Source of the DNA: Chrysomallon squamiferum
Lineage: Eukaryota; Animalia; Mollusca
Assembly (NCBI GenBank): GCA_012295275.1
Contig: CM022671.1
Coordinates: 12,524,001 to 12,588,000, forward strand
DNA length: 64,000 bases
Direction: 5' to 3'
Shown here piece by piece: positions 30,420-44,867 of the stretch. The translations under genes were made by a program, and so were the position numbers. The notes beneath the pieces were generated by a model. The model saw nothing but the letters and a program-made list of their open reading frames with translations, made no database searches and was not told the origin of the DNA. The number at the start of each line of letters is the position of its first letter. Position 1 is the first letter of the stretch.

Positions 30420-30900
30420 ATTTTCAAAACTGAATGTGTTAAAAATCTGATATGTCTGTGGTGATCTAGTATATCCCACAGATGGACAGGTAGTAATGTT
30501 TGCAGACGTCCAAAACGTACAGTGTGTTATAATGTTGAAAGCGATCACGTTCTCACAGGAGCCGCCTACACGATGATAGATTCCTGCCACTACCAAAAGC
30601 ATCGACCATAACGTTCCCCTCGACGTTTGCAGAGACATTTGTGTTCATAGACACGAGACAAGGAAAAACGAGATTCTCCATATCCGCCGCCATACTGCTG
30701 ATGCTCCTGTAAGTGACTTGAAGAAAACTTTACGTCGCACTGGACTTCTCTGTACGCTTCTTGCCTCCCTCAGCCGGTTACGAACTGTCATAGGTTTTGA
30801 GTATATATTTTCAAATATATTTTTTGCTGTTGGATTACGAAGATGACACACCTGGATGTACCGACTCCTGGACAACCTGAACTTGGACTAACATTAATAT
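30420..30900 (-). mobile_element. Decayed Tc1-family transposase
   Basis: Minus-strand RYIQVCHLRN and TVRNRLREAR match the Tc1 HTH region (DRYIR..HLR..TVRNRLREAGL). KRRGERY and HLWDILD match the RR.GERY and EHLWD.L motifs. Many deletions. Confidence 0.8.
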
Positions 30901-31137
30901 CTGAGTGTTGCACAGCCCATAAGTTTGTTGAGGTTACAAATCTCGCATATAATTGTGGTATAATTGTGGTGATCTGACGTCAGTCTTGGTATTATTGCAC
31001 TTCCTACAGTGTTGTACGAGGTATTTCTGAATCACTGTTTAATCCTCACCAAGTTATAGAACTTCATCATGTATGAATTTCTCTGGGCTTTTTTGCGTTT
31101 CAGTACAAACGTCAGTTATGGTTACATTTACACGAAT

Positions 31138-31520
31138 TGGATACCTCGATTTACGAGTGCTCCTACTTACGAGTTTTCCGAGTTAACGAGCAGTCGCCCG
31201 GTCAATGTTTTGTTTTGAGTTGCGAGCTAAAATCCAAGTTACGAGCGAGCTTCAGATAGTTGGCGCAACGAACAACACAACGTCCGCCCAACTTCCAGCG
31301 TCTCATTCGTTTGCTTCACGTGGCTACCTCGCCGTGGAAGCATCTCTGGTGTGTTGTGCTCGCGTTTTGTGCAATATTTTGCCAAATTTCCATGGATTGT
31401 AAGAAATTGAGTTCAAAGTACAGTGCTGAGAAGAAGAAGCGGATGATAATCCATTGAATTAAAGCATAAATCATAGAAAAATATGAGCGTGGTTGTTCGC
31501 GTAGTCAAAATGGCGTTAAA
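31138..31520 (+). mobile_element. 5' portion of a Tigger (pogo-family) element with transposase start
   Basis: TIR-like ggatacctcgatttacgagt with repeated TTACGAG motifs. From ATG ~31392 it reads MDCKKLSSKYSAEKKKRMI-IELKH-IIEKYERG, a psq-type HTH start, with frameshifts. Confidence 0.8.
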
Positions 31521-34500
31521 ATAATTTCTAAGGCCACCGTCCATAAAACGATGGAGAAACCCTAACCCTGTACACTTTACAAAACCAATTTATTTATTTA
31601 CATTCTCTTTTATTTTGTTTTTATACAATATTTGATGGAATTTATATATGCTGTAGGTATCTGTGTGTGTGTGTGTTTTTGAAATGTATATATGAAGAGA
31701 GAGTGAGAGAGATAAAGCCTGTGAATGAAAAGCAGAAAAACAATAATGAAAAGAAAATAAATATATATACAAACTATTCTTATTGTTCACTAGGTTTTTA
31801 TCCAGTCATTTTACCTTTTCTCATTTTACCTTGAGTCTATAGGAAGCGTTTAATCTTAGCTTTCACGATATAATGCTAAATTTAACGCTTTGTGACTTTC
31901 GGATCTTGTAATAAATGCTGGGTAAAAATAAATATCGGGAAATGTATAATAATAAAAGCTCTAACACAATTTAGATTATTATTTATAAAAGTATTTATAA
32001 TGCATGAGTTAATATTGTCTCAGTTTTGATTCTGTCAGTAGCTTGAATTGTATTTTTTTATATTGAATTATTTAAATATGGGATGTACAGTTAATGGTAA
32101 TTCCTTATTAGATGGGGTAAAGATTTAACGTTATATCTAAACTATCAACAGTTTTATTATCTGTTTTGATTGTAATGTTACTGGTTTGGAATAAATTATG
32201 AAAAGTATTTTCAAAATAGTTATCATCCAGGGACGTTAGACGTGTTGTTATGATTTAAATCGTTAATTTATCTTATTTTTGTATTTTTCATGAATGCTTA
32301 ATGGTCTGTATACATATTTCTATAAACTATTAATATTTATATCTTTACACAATCTGTATATAACATTTTCAGTGATCTATTATTGACACCTGCTAGAGCA
32401 CATTTTCTTTGGTGTTTTGGATATGTTCCATGACCAGTTAGTTGTTATAATTTTCTTAGTATTTATATCATGAAGAGATTACAAATCCAAATACACAAAT
32501 AACATATAAAACAACACTGTGATAATTTGTTTTGTGTGTTTTGTAAATGGACAAAGATTAGTAGGCGTGTTATAGTAAACTATTTCTGTCTTTACAGCTG
32601 CAAGTTTGGAACAGTTAGGTGTTAACAATTTAGAATGAAATAAAAAGTTGCTAAAAATAACGATAACAAACAAGCAGTTGCAACAGAGTTCTAATTCATT
32701 TATACCGAGTAATTTTAGGTGTGCCCGTTATAGCTGTGACGTCAGTACTGTGATAATGTTATTTTATACTGGTATTAAATTAAGAATCTATGTAAAATTG
32801 TTTATAATTCTTTTAATAAAAATTAGAAGATGTAAAAATTTTATAATAATAATAATAATAACAGTATTAAATTACTAAATGTTCATAATATTAAAACTGA
32901 CTGTGCTATTCTGCAAAAGTTAGTGTTAGGAAACATTTAATGATATAATAATAATAATAATAATAAATGCACTATGGTGTATGCAGTGGTAACTTCTTTA
33001 AACTTTAATTCTTTGAACTTTAATATGAACTAAAATTACTTAAAATTGTACAGCATAACAAATCAGGTTAACTTCAGTCAGAAATTCAAAATATTTTCTT
33101 TGTATAGTTTTTTCTGTTACCAGCCATGAACTAAAATGTCTCAAATCTAAAATTCAAACAAGTTTTGTTCACATATATCAAACTAGTAAAGTTTAAATTC
33201 AGTACTAACTGTTTCTTTATCTTACTAATATTTTGGTAATATCTTAACAGATAAAAATAATTTTAAAATAATTTAGTATTATTAAGAAGTAAAATTTCTT
33301 TGAACTGAAATTCATAACATTATTCTTACAAGCACTTTTTAAATTCAGCAGCAACCGTTAAATAAAATGTGAACTGTAAAATGTTTCACTGTACAGATAT
33401 CTCAGCAACAGTGCATTTATAAACGAACCTCAGCCTGGCCCAGAAATTAGAAACGTTAGCTCATGAACGACACAATGAGAAAACAGTTTTGTATGAGCTA
33501 ATGGAATTCTAAACACATAAATTCGCTTCCTGAGTGTTTGCTGCCACTATCTTGAGGGGCGGTATTATTCTTAAATAGGCATCTATTGTTGTCACTTGAG
33601 CGAGCAGTTTTCACAAATTGTTTGACATGCACAGCTGATTAGGTCTGGATCACACAATCAAGCCCCATTTCCAATCTTCCATCAACTCGTTACAGACCAT
33701 CTCCACTACTTTATTAACAAAGGCTTTCATGGACGTCCTTAGCGAACGCTCACACTCGATTCATCAGAGAAACCGTGTTTCAAACTGTTGCCGAGAATCA
33801 TAACCAGCAGACTTAAGTAGTTTGTTTTAACTTTCTGGAAAACAGACTTTGATTATTAATTTTCATTAGCTCAGTCCATTCCCTTGTTCATTTTGTGTTT
33901 GATGGGGTGAAAGTATTTGGATGAAGCATATTATGTAAATATCTGTTAATCTATAAATGCGTCTATATACAGTCAACATACACACACATGTAAAATGAGA
34001 GCGAACACACATGATAAACGTTAACACCCCCCACCTCACACACACATACGCAGACTCACACACACATATCTGTATTTGTGTCGGTTAATATTCTATATTA
34101 TTAAAGAAAAAATACAACAAAATCAGCATTACATAATAGCAGAATAGTAATAATTTAAAGAAGAACAACAAGAATTTTAAATTTTTTTTTTATAAAAATT
34201 ACGAAGTAGTTTTATTTAGTTTTTGTTAAATAACTCATGCATGTTACACTAACATGTGACGCTCAGAAATGGAAAATAAAATGGCATTCTGCCAGCTGTT
34301 TTTTTTATATTATTCTATTGCTTTTAAAAGACAATTCAAGTGTTAATGAGCTGGTGTAGCACAACTATTTAAAGTGACTGTTTCTAATATTCATGAACTT
34401 TAACAAGAGATGCATCAAAATAGGAGACATGTGACCATGACATATTTAAATATTTTGAGAATATGCATTTAGACAGTACAACAAAAACAACAATAATGAT

Positions 34501-35084
34501 GATGATAGTTATGGTGATCGTGATGTGATAGTGATAATGTTGATGCTGCTGATGATGATGATTTAAGAAAAGGGTGATCATCATCATTAAAACAGAAAAT
34601 AAATAAATTAAACAGAACGGCAGTCATGATAATAAAAATGATGATGGTGATGAAAACAATAACAGAATTAAACGATTAAGTCGTCATAATCATTAAACTC
34701 CTTTATCGCTCTGTCTGCAAGTTGCCTCTAATGAAACTATATTTTTTTATTATTTGCCATAAACTGGATCAGAGGACTGTACTGAAACTCTGACGGTATC
34801 AGTTAAACTGTTATACTGGAAATAAATTGAATCTTCTTTTTAGCCATGGTTCATCCTCAGTTTTTGGCGTTTATCGATTGTGTTGATTGCAGCGTTTAGC
34901 GACCAACTCTGGCTCTCCGCAGCTGATGTGTTTAAAGACTTCACTTAATTGCTTATACAGAATAATTTGTTGCTTTTTAAGAATTCTACAGCTGGACCGA
35001 CTATAGTAGATCTTTTTACTTTTATTTTTTTATTACAACTAGTACTACTATTACTACTACTACTACTACTACTACTACTATTAC

Positions 35085-35115
<31 letters not shown>

Positions 35116-37224
35116 TTTATTTTTATTTTATTATTATTTCATTCCTTCAAAAAGAAAATAAATTAATAAAGAAAGACAGCAAAGAACACTAAGTAAAAAC
35201 ATGGATAAAAAGAAAAAAAGAAAATTATATTTAATAATTTTCTTATTCTTCTGTAACGTTCAGATTACGTTGTTCGAAATATTGTTTTGACGCGGTCATA
35301 TAAAGATACTGGTAGAAAATAAATATTTATCTTCAGTAATTTTCTGTTTATTCATTCGGCAGTTTCCCATTCCAGTGTACAAAGTGGTTGTTGAATCAGT
35401 AAATTTGTGTATTACGCAGTAAGTAAATTTAATTACTCATAAAAATCGTAGTTTGAATAGTGTAAATGTACTTCTTTGAAAATTTATTGACAACAGGAAA
35501 TACATCTTTTATAATTCATCAAATATAGACGTATCAACCAATTCACAATGATTTAATTTTGCTATATTTAAAAGTAATAATCTATATGTTTTTAAAAAGA
35601 CTACTAATAAAAGATTTTAAACGCTTTCGTCTGATATAACACTTTATCCGTAGCCATTAAACGTGATACGGATGAATAACATTATTATTAAACTTTATCT
35701 TGTGCCATTAAAATCTATGAAGGGAATAATTACGATTAAAAATGTTTAACTGTTATTGCAATTTAAAAACCTTTTTGTATTTGCAAAGTTTTGGTAGCTA
35801 GTTCCACAGGGTAATGAAATATAATAATTAATGGATAATTTCTATGATAATTAAGTTGATTTGTCTTTTGTTATTGTCACTGTAACATCATTATCCTCCT
35901 CCTCCTCCTCATCATCATTATTATTATTATTATTGTCATTGTTATTATTATTGTCATTGTCATTGTTAATATTATTATTATTGTTATTATTATTATTATT
36001 ATTATTATATCAACACTTACTGATATAAGTAGATTATAATAGCTGTGTTATGGGATGCCCAGTATTGTATGATATCATGCATAAATGTCTATAGGACGTA
36101 GAACAGTTTTTGATATATATTATTAATAATGTTAGTTCACTGGAATATTGCTGAGTAGAGATTCTTATGTTTGAAAATTACCATAAGTTGAACATAAACA
36201 TCAGTGTCAAACTGGCTGCATACACACTGATGCATTAGAACGTTAGTGAATAGAAAGTGTTTTACGTTTTTAAACTGATAGTGGGTTATCAAAACTATAG
36301 ATGGACTTCCTTTGAAGACAGACGTCTTTTTTTTTCTTCTTCTTTTTTTTTTTTTTTTTTGACCCATATACTGGAACTCATTTCGCCTTGAAAGTTATAA
36401 CCTTTACAATAATTATACATCTTTTCCCAAATTTCGATGATAATTTTTAAACTTCAGACACATGTCTCAAACAGAAGCAGGGAGAAATATATGTATAAAA
36501 ATGTTGTGTTTTTAACTTAATATTCTTAAAACAGTCGGCTTGCATCAGACAGGCTCTCTCATTTTCACTCATTCTTTTCTTCTCCCCTTCTCGTTTTCTC
36601 TTTTTATCTCTCCTTCCCCCGTCAGTCTCTAAATCTCTCTGACTGTACATCTGTATGTCTGTCTGCCTGTCTGCCTACGTACCTATCTCTGTGTATATGT
36701 TCTCATCACTTGTTCCTGTTTCATTATCTTTCTTTTTCAATTCTTTTTCTTTCTTTTTGATTTTCTGCAATCGATATGTTGAAATGCAAAATTGAAAGGC
36801 ATTTCTCTCTGTCCTTGCTATTGGAAATAAAGTAGTGATTAGAATTAATTAAAAATCAGTACAGAATGTCTTAAACGAAAACGGAAGCACGAGAACATGG
36901 ACGGATTGTTTAGTGGAGCGTGACTCGTTCATCAGTCGGCGTTAGATTACAGAGATAGAGCCAAATGGATCTCTTGGTTAATGGAGCTCATACACGATAA
37001 TACACATCTAACGGATGGCTTTTCTCTTCATAACATCTGATATCCCCGAGAACATCCAATCACTGGCTTTCAGATTGTGTTTGGTTAACTGTGATGTTTG
37101 TTTTTTCATTCTGAATTTATTTTGTTTTCATTCACTATGATGATGTTTCTGTTCAAATTATAAATGTCTCAATGTATGAGGGGGAGAGGGAGGGGGAGAG
37201 GGAGAGGGAGAGGGAGAGGGACAG

Positions 37225-37278
<54 letters not shown>

Positions 37279-38440
37279 ATGAATTTTGTATAGTTGCAGT
37301 CTGTCTGAAACATATTCTGTAGGAACAGTTTTTAATCTTTGTACAAATTCACGTAATACATACGTTGGGGAATCAAGTCTACGTAAACCAGTCATATATT
37401 TAGGTCGGTTTAAGCACACCGGCTGTGGGAAATAATATCGAGGCGTCTAGAGGTTATTCCCTGTACGAATGCCCTAAGCTATTACGAGGTACTCATAATT
37501 ACATTTGGTGCCTTTCCCTATACGTTATTTATCCTAGAACGCTATATTTATGCTGTTCTGATAAAATATGCATTGCCGGCGCGCTAAATGATCTGAACCT
37601 ACATCTTGATTCCTAGAAATCAATTGTCTTTTCTTCTTCTTAGTAAAGACAAAATCAAATTAAACAACGACCTTTTTAGCATTTGTTTTCAGTCCAGACA
37701 CCCTCATGGGGCTAAAGGTTTAATTCGCAGCTGATTGCAGGCCTAGGAATGTTTACAAACTTGATTAGGAGCGAAAAAAAATAAGAGATTTTCTTTTCTT
37801 CTTGGCAACGTCCATCAAGGGGGAGCTATTCCATCGAGAACTGTTAGGTTAAGAATGTCGTACAGCTTGACGATGTTGCATACTTTGACATTCTAAGAGG
37901 ATAGTCGGCTAAAATAATATGCAGTCTAAAGACAAGTACACTTAGTAAATTCCGACGACAATAGAAAAGAAAATAACGCTTTGGTAACATAAGCAGTTTA
38001 CAAAAGAAGACATGAAGAATTAGTAGAGAAACCGTTACAAGAATAATGATGAAAATTAATGAGTCAGTGAAGACATTTTTGAGAAGAAAAATAAAATTGT
38101 ATGTTTGTGTACTGACAGATGAAAATGGAAATTTATCTGTTGACTTTACCCTGGCAAAGAATGACTATACATTATCCCACTTTTGACTATACATTATCCC
38201 ACTTTTCACAGTCCACTTCATTATTCCACGTGCTAATCTAATAGAATGAGAAACATATATCAGTAAATGATTGTAATTAAATAATAAGTGGTTATAAGTA
38301 AATAAACAAATATACAAGCAACAAACATAGTCACAAACAAGCACAAACAGAAACAAACACAAACAAACATACACTGATAACTTCAAAATTTACTAATAAT
38401 AGTAACTAATCTGGAACTCCGCAGTAACTGTATAAGATTA

Positions 38441-38445
<5 letters not shown>

Positions 38446-38509
<64 letters not shown>

Positions 38510-38588
38510 TGAAAACATAGATATGAAAACATAGATATGAAAACATAGATATGAAAACATAGATATGAAAACATAGATATGAAAACAT
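38446..38588. repeat. (GA)n followed by a 14-bp minisatellite (ATATGAAAACATAG) x ~5.8
   Basis: Directly visible. Confidence 0.95.
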
Positions 38589-40358
38589 TCTTTGTTGCTA
38601 TCAGAGAACGACAGAAACCAGCCATGTCCTTTAATCCATGGGGATAATAGAAAATCTGCGATAGTATTTACTCAACGGCAAGGTGTGTTTGCATTAGGTA
38701 GTGCTCTACTGGCGTACACGTGTTGTCAATTTCCGTGAAGTCAAACACAAATTACAATCAGATGTCTATTAACTCGTATCGATCTGACATCACAGTTCAT
38801 TAAAATATGATTGAGACATTAATACTTCATTGAAAGCTTTCAGTGAGGGGTTTTCATCAGTAACTCGTCAACAAAACCTTAATATATTTATCTCTGGATG
38901 CGACGACTTTGACGAAGGCGCATTTCACTATTAAACTGGAACAACAACAGCAGCAGCAGCGGCAACAGCAACAGCATCAATTCTACAATCACAGACAGCT
39001 AGCAATAATTTACACTTATAGATAATCATTTTCAGAATTATTGCAACTACTGTTAGTTTTGCTATTACTACAACAATAACTACTACTATTACTAATACTG
39101 GTGCAACCACCAATATTACCACTACTAATAGTTCTACTATTAATGTTACTGTTACTGTTGCCATTACTACTAACTTTATTATTAGTAGCAAAATTGTAGT
39201 TAGTACGTCTGTTACCACTGCTGTTGGTACTGCTACTATTGATAAGAACAATAATATAAACATTTTTATCTTACTAATTTTGTTATTCGTGTTCTATTTA
39301 AAAATAACTTCGTGTTGTGAAATCGATATTTATATAATTCAGTAATATTACGGTAGTTAAACAGAAAATAAGAAATGTAATTTTCACTGTATTAATTTTC
39401 ATTAAAAAACCACATCACTTGTTTCAATACAACAATAAACCCCAGCAGCTGCGGAATCAGTTATCTTTATATTACAATACTTCTTTCTACTCTTTACTGG
39501 ATTATTATTTTTATTTATCACAACAGTTAAATTTCTGTATTTCTGTATCGGCTTGGTGTAAAATGTGAATTACAACATCAAATTATTTTCATGAAATGAA
39601 TAACGAATTTGATATCGCAGTACAAAGATACTCTATCGACTGGCACTTATTCAATTGTCGAGTAACAAATCAAATGTTATTATAAAACGGAAGCATGGCC
39701 ATATCATGTAAAGACTGAGTATATAGCATTTGTAAAGACTATGGTAAGATGGATCAATGAAATCTGCGTTTGCTTGCATTATGGTAAAATACTAGCAGTT
39801 GCTGAAATTTAGACAGACTCGTCTTCCTTCTGAGTTACATACTTAACATGTAAATAACTTTTACATTTAATATCTAAAAACAGCCAGCTTAAATTGTGCA
39901 GATATCATGTATTTTCAATAATATTCTGCTATTAAAATCAGTTACGCAATTTTTATTTATAAACAACGCCAAATTGTGAATGTTGATACCGATTTTCATT
40001 CGGCCAAGCTGAGGATATTTTAATACACTTAACATATTTAATAAATAACAAATAAGTGGAATTCTGGTTTACATTTTTAAATTTTTTTATTTGATAGATG
40101 CAACCGATCATTTCTCTGTGCCACAGAGCTATAAGAAAGAAAACAATGTTTACCTGTTCTGATCTAACGTAAGCTGCAATGATATCCAGCTAATCAGGTA
40201 CGTATTTCAATAAAATAATACAACACATGCACATAAATGTAAACACATTCATACCTACATATCCGCATACGAACGTACATAAATACATAAGAATATTGTC
40301 TCAGTACCTCTTTTATCAGTATCAGAACATTAAATAATCTCTCGCTCTCTGAGTGAGT

Positions 40359-40431
<73 letters not shown>

Positions 40432-40495
40432 ATTAAATTTACCTTTGTTTCAGATACAATCAACGACCTTTGACCTGGTGCTCTTAAAACTGGAG

Positions 40496-40698
40496 ATGAT
40501 TTTATATATTATTATCGCATCTCTTTTCTCTCTGTGCCTTGTTTCATTTGTAAGCGCCACCTGTCGCTTCCCTTCATTCATGCAGCATGAAGAGCCATGG
40601 GTTGCGGATTACGGCGAAGGCCGCTTTGTTGCCTACGTTAAGGGAACGTACATGCAGATCAATCAGCTGAAAGGCGGCAGTGACAGCACTTACGCAAG
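40496..40698 (+). CDS. Secreted Cys-rich ShKT-containing surface protein, coding exon 1 (signal peptide)
   Basis: Acceptor tttcag ends at 40453 and ATG is at 40496. Reads MILYIIIASLFSLCLVSFVSA|TCRFPSF... (signal peptide). Donor AAG|GTGAGT at 40699, phase 2. Confidence 0.85.
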
Positions 40699-40900
40699 GT
40701 GAGTTATGTCCCTTTTTATCCCGCGTGGAATACAACATTATGTGTTTTATAAGCAATATAATAAATTATTATAAAACAGAACAAATGTGTAGTACATACT
40801 ACAATAGCAATGGAAGATAGTCATGTCAATACTCTTTGTAGCATTAAAGTATAATAATAATATTTGTTGCTGCAAAAAGTATTTTATTTCTATTTTACAG

Positions 40901-42686
40901 ACGCTGTGAACAGAAGGCTCCAGATGAGAAATATCTTGTCACACACGAAGAGCAGCACAAACCAACTCGATACGTCTGTATGCAGTTCATCCACCGCAGT
41001 GACAACATTGTTCAGATCAAAGTGTCTCGTTACTCCAATCGCAGATCCCTTGATCTCTGCGATGAACGTGGCATGGCTCTGGACCATTGGCCCATTGTCC
41101 AGATGATACAGACTCCTGACCAGAACATTCCCTGTCCATTTGTTGGCGGCTACAACGTGCACATGTACTTCCCTAACAACACCATGGTCTGTGGTGACAT
41201 GATGTTGTTACTGCGGATAGAAAGCGAATGTGAAAAAGGAGAAGGAATTCTGTTCGATTTTAGAAATGAGGAATGTATTCCTCCAGGACTGCCAAGGACC
41301 ACTCGCCAGAGGGCGTTTTGTATCGCACATTGGAAGGAAGGATCTCAAAGGTTTGTAGTTCTGCAGCATGAGTCGGTTCACAAACAAATCTGGTGTATGA
41401 GGATCACTGATGCCCTGGGAGACATGCAAGGTGCATATTTGATGTTAAATTTAGTATGTGATCCCAATGATCCTATAGAAGAAACGCGTAATTATTACTA
41501 CTTCCAGATGTTCAAAAGCATCCATTCCAGCACTTGCGCTGACGAAATAGAAGAATGTTCTGATTTGACACAGTTCTGCACAACAATGTCAATGTATCGA
41601 CGTCACTGTGCGAAAACGTGCGGTGACTGCGAGTATGAGAGTGAACTTGGATTATGTACTTTCCAGGAACATGTGAGAGGAAACTGGATTGACAGTTCTC
41701 AGGAAGGAGAAAAAAACATTACTATATTCGACTATTCCTTGGCCGTTCAAGATCTCGGCAGGTTTCAATGTCTCGAGGTAAACAGCAAGAAATATGAAGA
41801 TAGGAAAGTTCTGCTGGAACTATTTGATAACGGGTGTTATCCTCGATACGCCTGTCTGGAACTGGAAAAGATCTCCCCCTCTGTAATGAAATATCGATTG
41901 AGCAATCGGCTTGACTGGCCTCTTCCACATTTAGATGATCAGAAAGAACATATCTGTAATAATCGAAATTTTAAGGATCGAAAAGCCAGATCCTATCGCA
42001 ACGAACTGGAACCACCGAAACTGTTAGTAAACTCTAACAACATCCATTCCGTGAGTTGCGGTCTTCCTGATCATTTACATTATGGTGTACCTTTCAAGGA
42101 GAAAGACCCAGGGTGTGGAGGCTGTTTGTACTACAACCCGAACAATGGCGGTGACCGCATCATCATTCAGCATGTCAATTGTTCTACTCCAAGTGTTCCA
42201 ATAGAATATCTTTGTCTGGCTTCTTTTGATTTGAATGACACATGGGCAGTCGTGACCCGACGAGAATATGATCGTAACATCTGCTGGGTTTTCGCCAAAC
42301 ACGGGAAAATTATGAAACTGCAAGCAGCCGAGTGTTTACTGTTTGATAAATACGACGCTGCTGATTTGGAGGTTACGTTTACCACGGTGAAGGCAACAAC
42401 ACCAGAATACAACTTCTGTCGTAATTTGGTTCTTATTGCTCAGACAACCACGACCGTAAAAACTACATCACGACGAACTACTCCGGCAGAGCGCATAGAT
42501 TATACTATCATGCATCCCATAGAAACAGAGCTGGAGGTTGTGGAATCCCCAAACGAACAAATAATAACGCCAAAGTCTTCACGTGTTTCTGATGATAATT
42601 CAGGAAAAATGCGATTAGCAGCAAATTATATATTTTTTTTATCATTAACATTACTAATAGTAAAATTGACTTATTTTTCCCGTTGA
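40901..42686 (+). CDS. Secreted Cys-rich ShKT-containing surface protein, coding exon 2 (total 662 aa, probable GPI anchor)
   Basis: Acceptor ttttacag ends at 40900 and joins in frame (..TYAR-RCEQKAPDEKYLV..VCMQF) to the 568-aa ORF. ShKT-like 6-Cys module CADEIEEC..C..RRHCAKTCGDC at 41535-41630, Thr-rich stalk, hydrophobic C-terminus, TGA at 42684-42686. Confidence 0.9.
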
Positions 42687-44099
42687 TGAGGGAATGGCGG
42701 GTTAAATATATGGTATATTTGTGATGGGTAAACTGTGAATTATTGCCTTTGATTCCACTGAAAATGTAATTTGTGTTTTCAAAAATTAATTAGCTTTTCG
42801 AGAGACCAACCGAAGAAAAATGTTTGTCAAATTCATGTAAAAAGTCTATTAAAGAATTAAGGAGATTTAAACAATAAATGTAACACAAACATCCAAAAAA
42901 AAAAAAAAAAAAAGAAGAAGAAGAAAAAAAAAAGGAATTTACAGTTACGTGTTTTCATTGCCCGTATACTTAATTACAGAGATAGAAACACTAAAACAAC
43001 AGACCACTATAACCGTCTACAATTCATCTGTTGGTTGAAAATTTGCAAAAGAAACTGAAAAGACGACCTCGATATTTTCCAAATGTGACTAACCATTAAT
43101 AATTATCCCTTACAGAGTTCCTTATGCGATCGTTGTAGAAACATATACACAATACTTTAAACTGTGTCCCGAATCTTTTAAGATTCTGCGATTGTTTTAA
43201 CCATTATCTGTGTATTTCCACTGCTCTAGATAATAACGTCTTTCTTATTCTTCTCCTTACTGTCAAGATTTCGACACTTAACCCTTTATTCGTTGAGATA
43301 GTTTAGTCGCGGTAATGTTGTGCAAATATGAAGAAAAAAAAATGCGTTATATGAGGAATTTCAAATTTGAAAATAAGATATTCAGAAGTAATTTCACTGT
43401 GGAATTTAATTAAGTTTTACTGTTTGCTTTTAGTAGCACTAGCATCGGAATTAGTTTTTCCATTGTGATATGCACAGGCTATTAACTGGTTGTGACAAAA
43501 TTATGTCAGACAACAGACAGACAGATGGCAATTATTCGCCAGTCTTTAAAAATGTCATCGGTTAGTTGTGTAGATACGTTTTAATAGAAAGTTTTGTACA
43601 AAATAATGTTGCTATCTGCTTATAAATATATTACTATTTCCTCCTTACAGGTATAAAAATATCAATAAAATTAAAATACCAGACTTAATCTGAAGTTAAT
43701 ATGATACTCTTTTAAATAACTAATGATGTATACTGTAGAAACAAGGGAACAGTAATAATTATATCTAAGTTGGTAACAGTCAAGATAAGGAGAATTTTGT
43801 TAACTTTCATGGCATTACTGTTATTGATGAACAGTTTTATTATTTTTAAAGTAAAAACGGGGATTTGTACATTTTTCTTGTTTTCCTGCTTTCTTTAAAA
43901 TTCATTTTAATTGTTTGATTTGTTTTTACTGCATCATCTGTATATAAAATAAGAATAAATCATTATTTCATCTGCATGAGAGGAAAACATAATTTTGATA
44001 AAAAGATTAGGGTAACTGTAAACTAACTTATTAATTTGTAAAAATCGGAGTTAGGTTATTACTGACAAACGGAAATTTTAGAAACTAAGCTTATTCCTA

Positions 44100-44867
<768 letters not shown>

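Noticed and set aside
38506-38588. Regular short repeats as a CRISPR-like array
   Set aside because: Head-to-tail 14-mers with no spacers, in eukaryotic DNA.
38931-39263. 110-aa hydrophobic ORF resembling a membrane protein
   Set aside because: It is the translation of a degenerate (ACT/ATT/GCA)n trinucleotide tract and has no splice context.
40980-42686. 568-aa ORF as a standalone single-exon gene
   Set aside because: Its Met is internal; the frame extends to the acceptor at 40900 and joins the signal-peptide exon.
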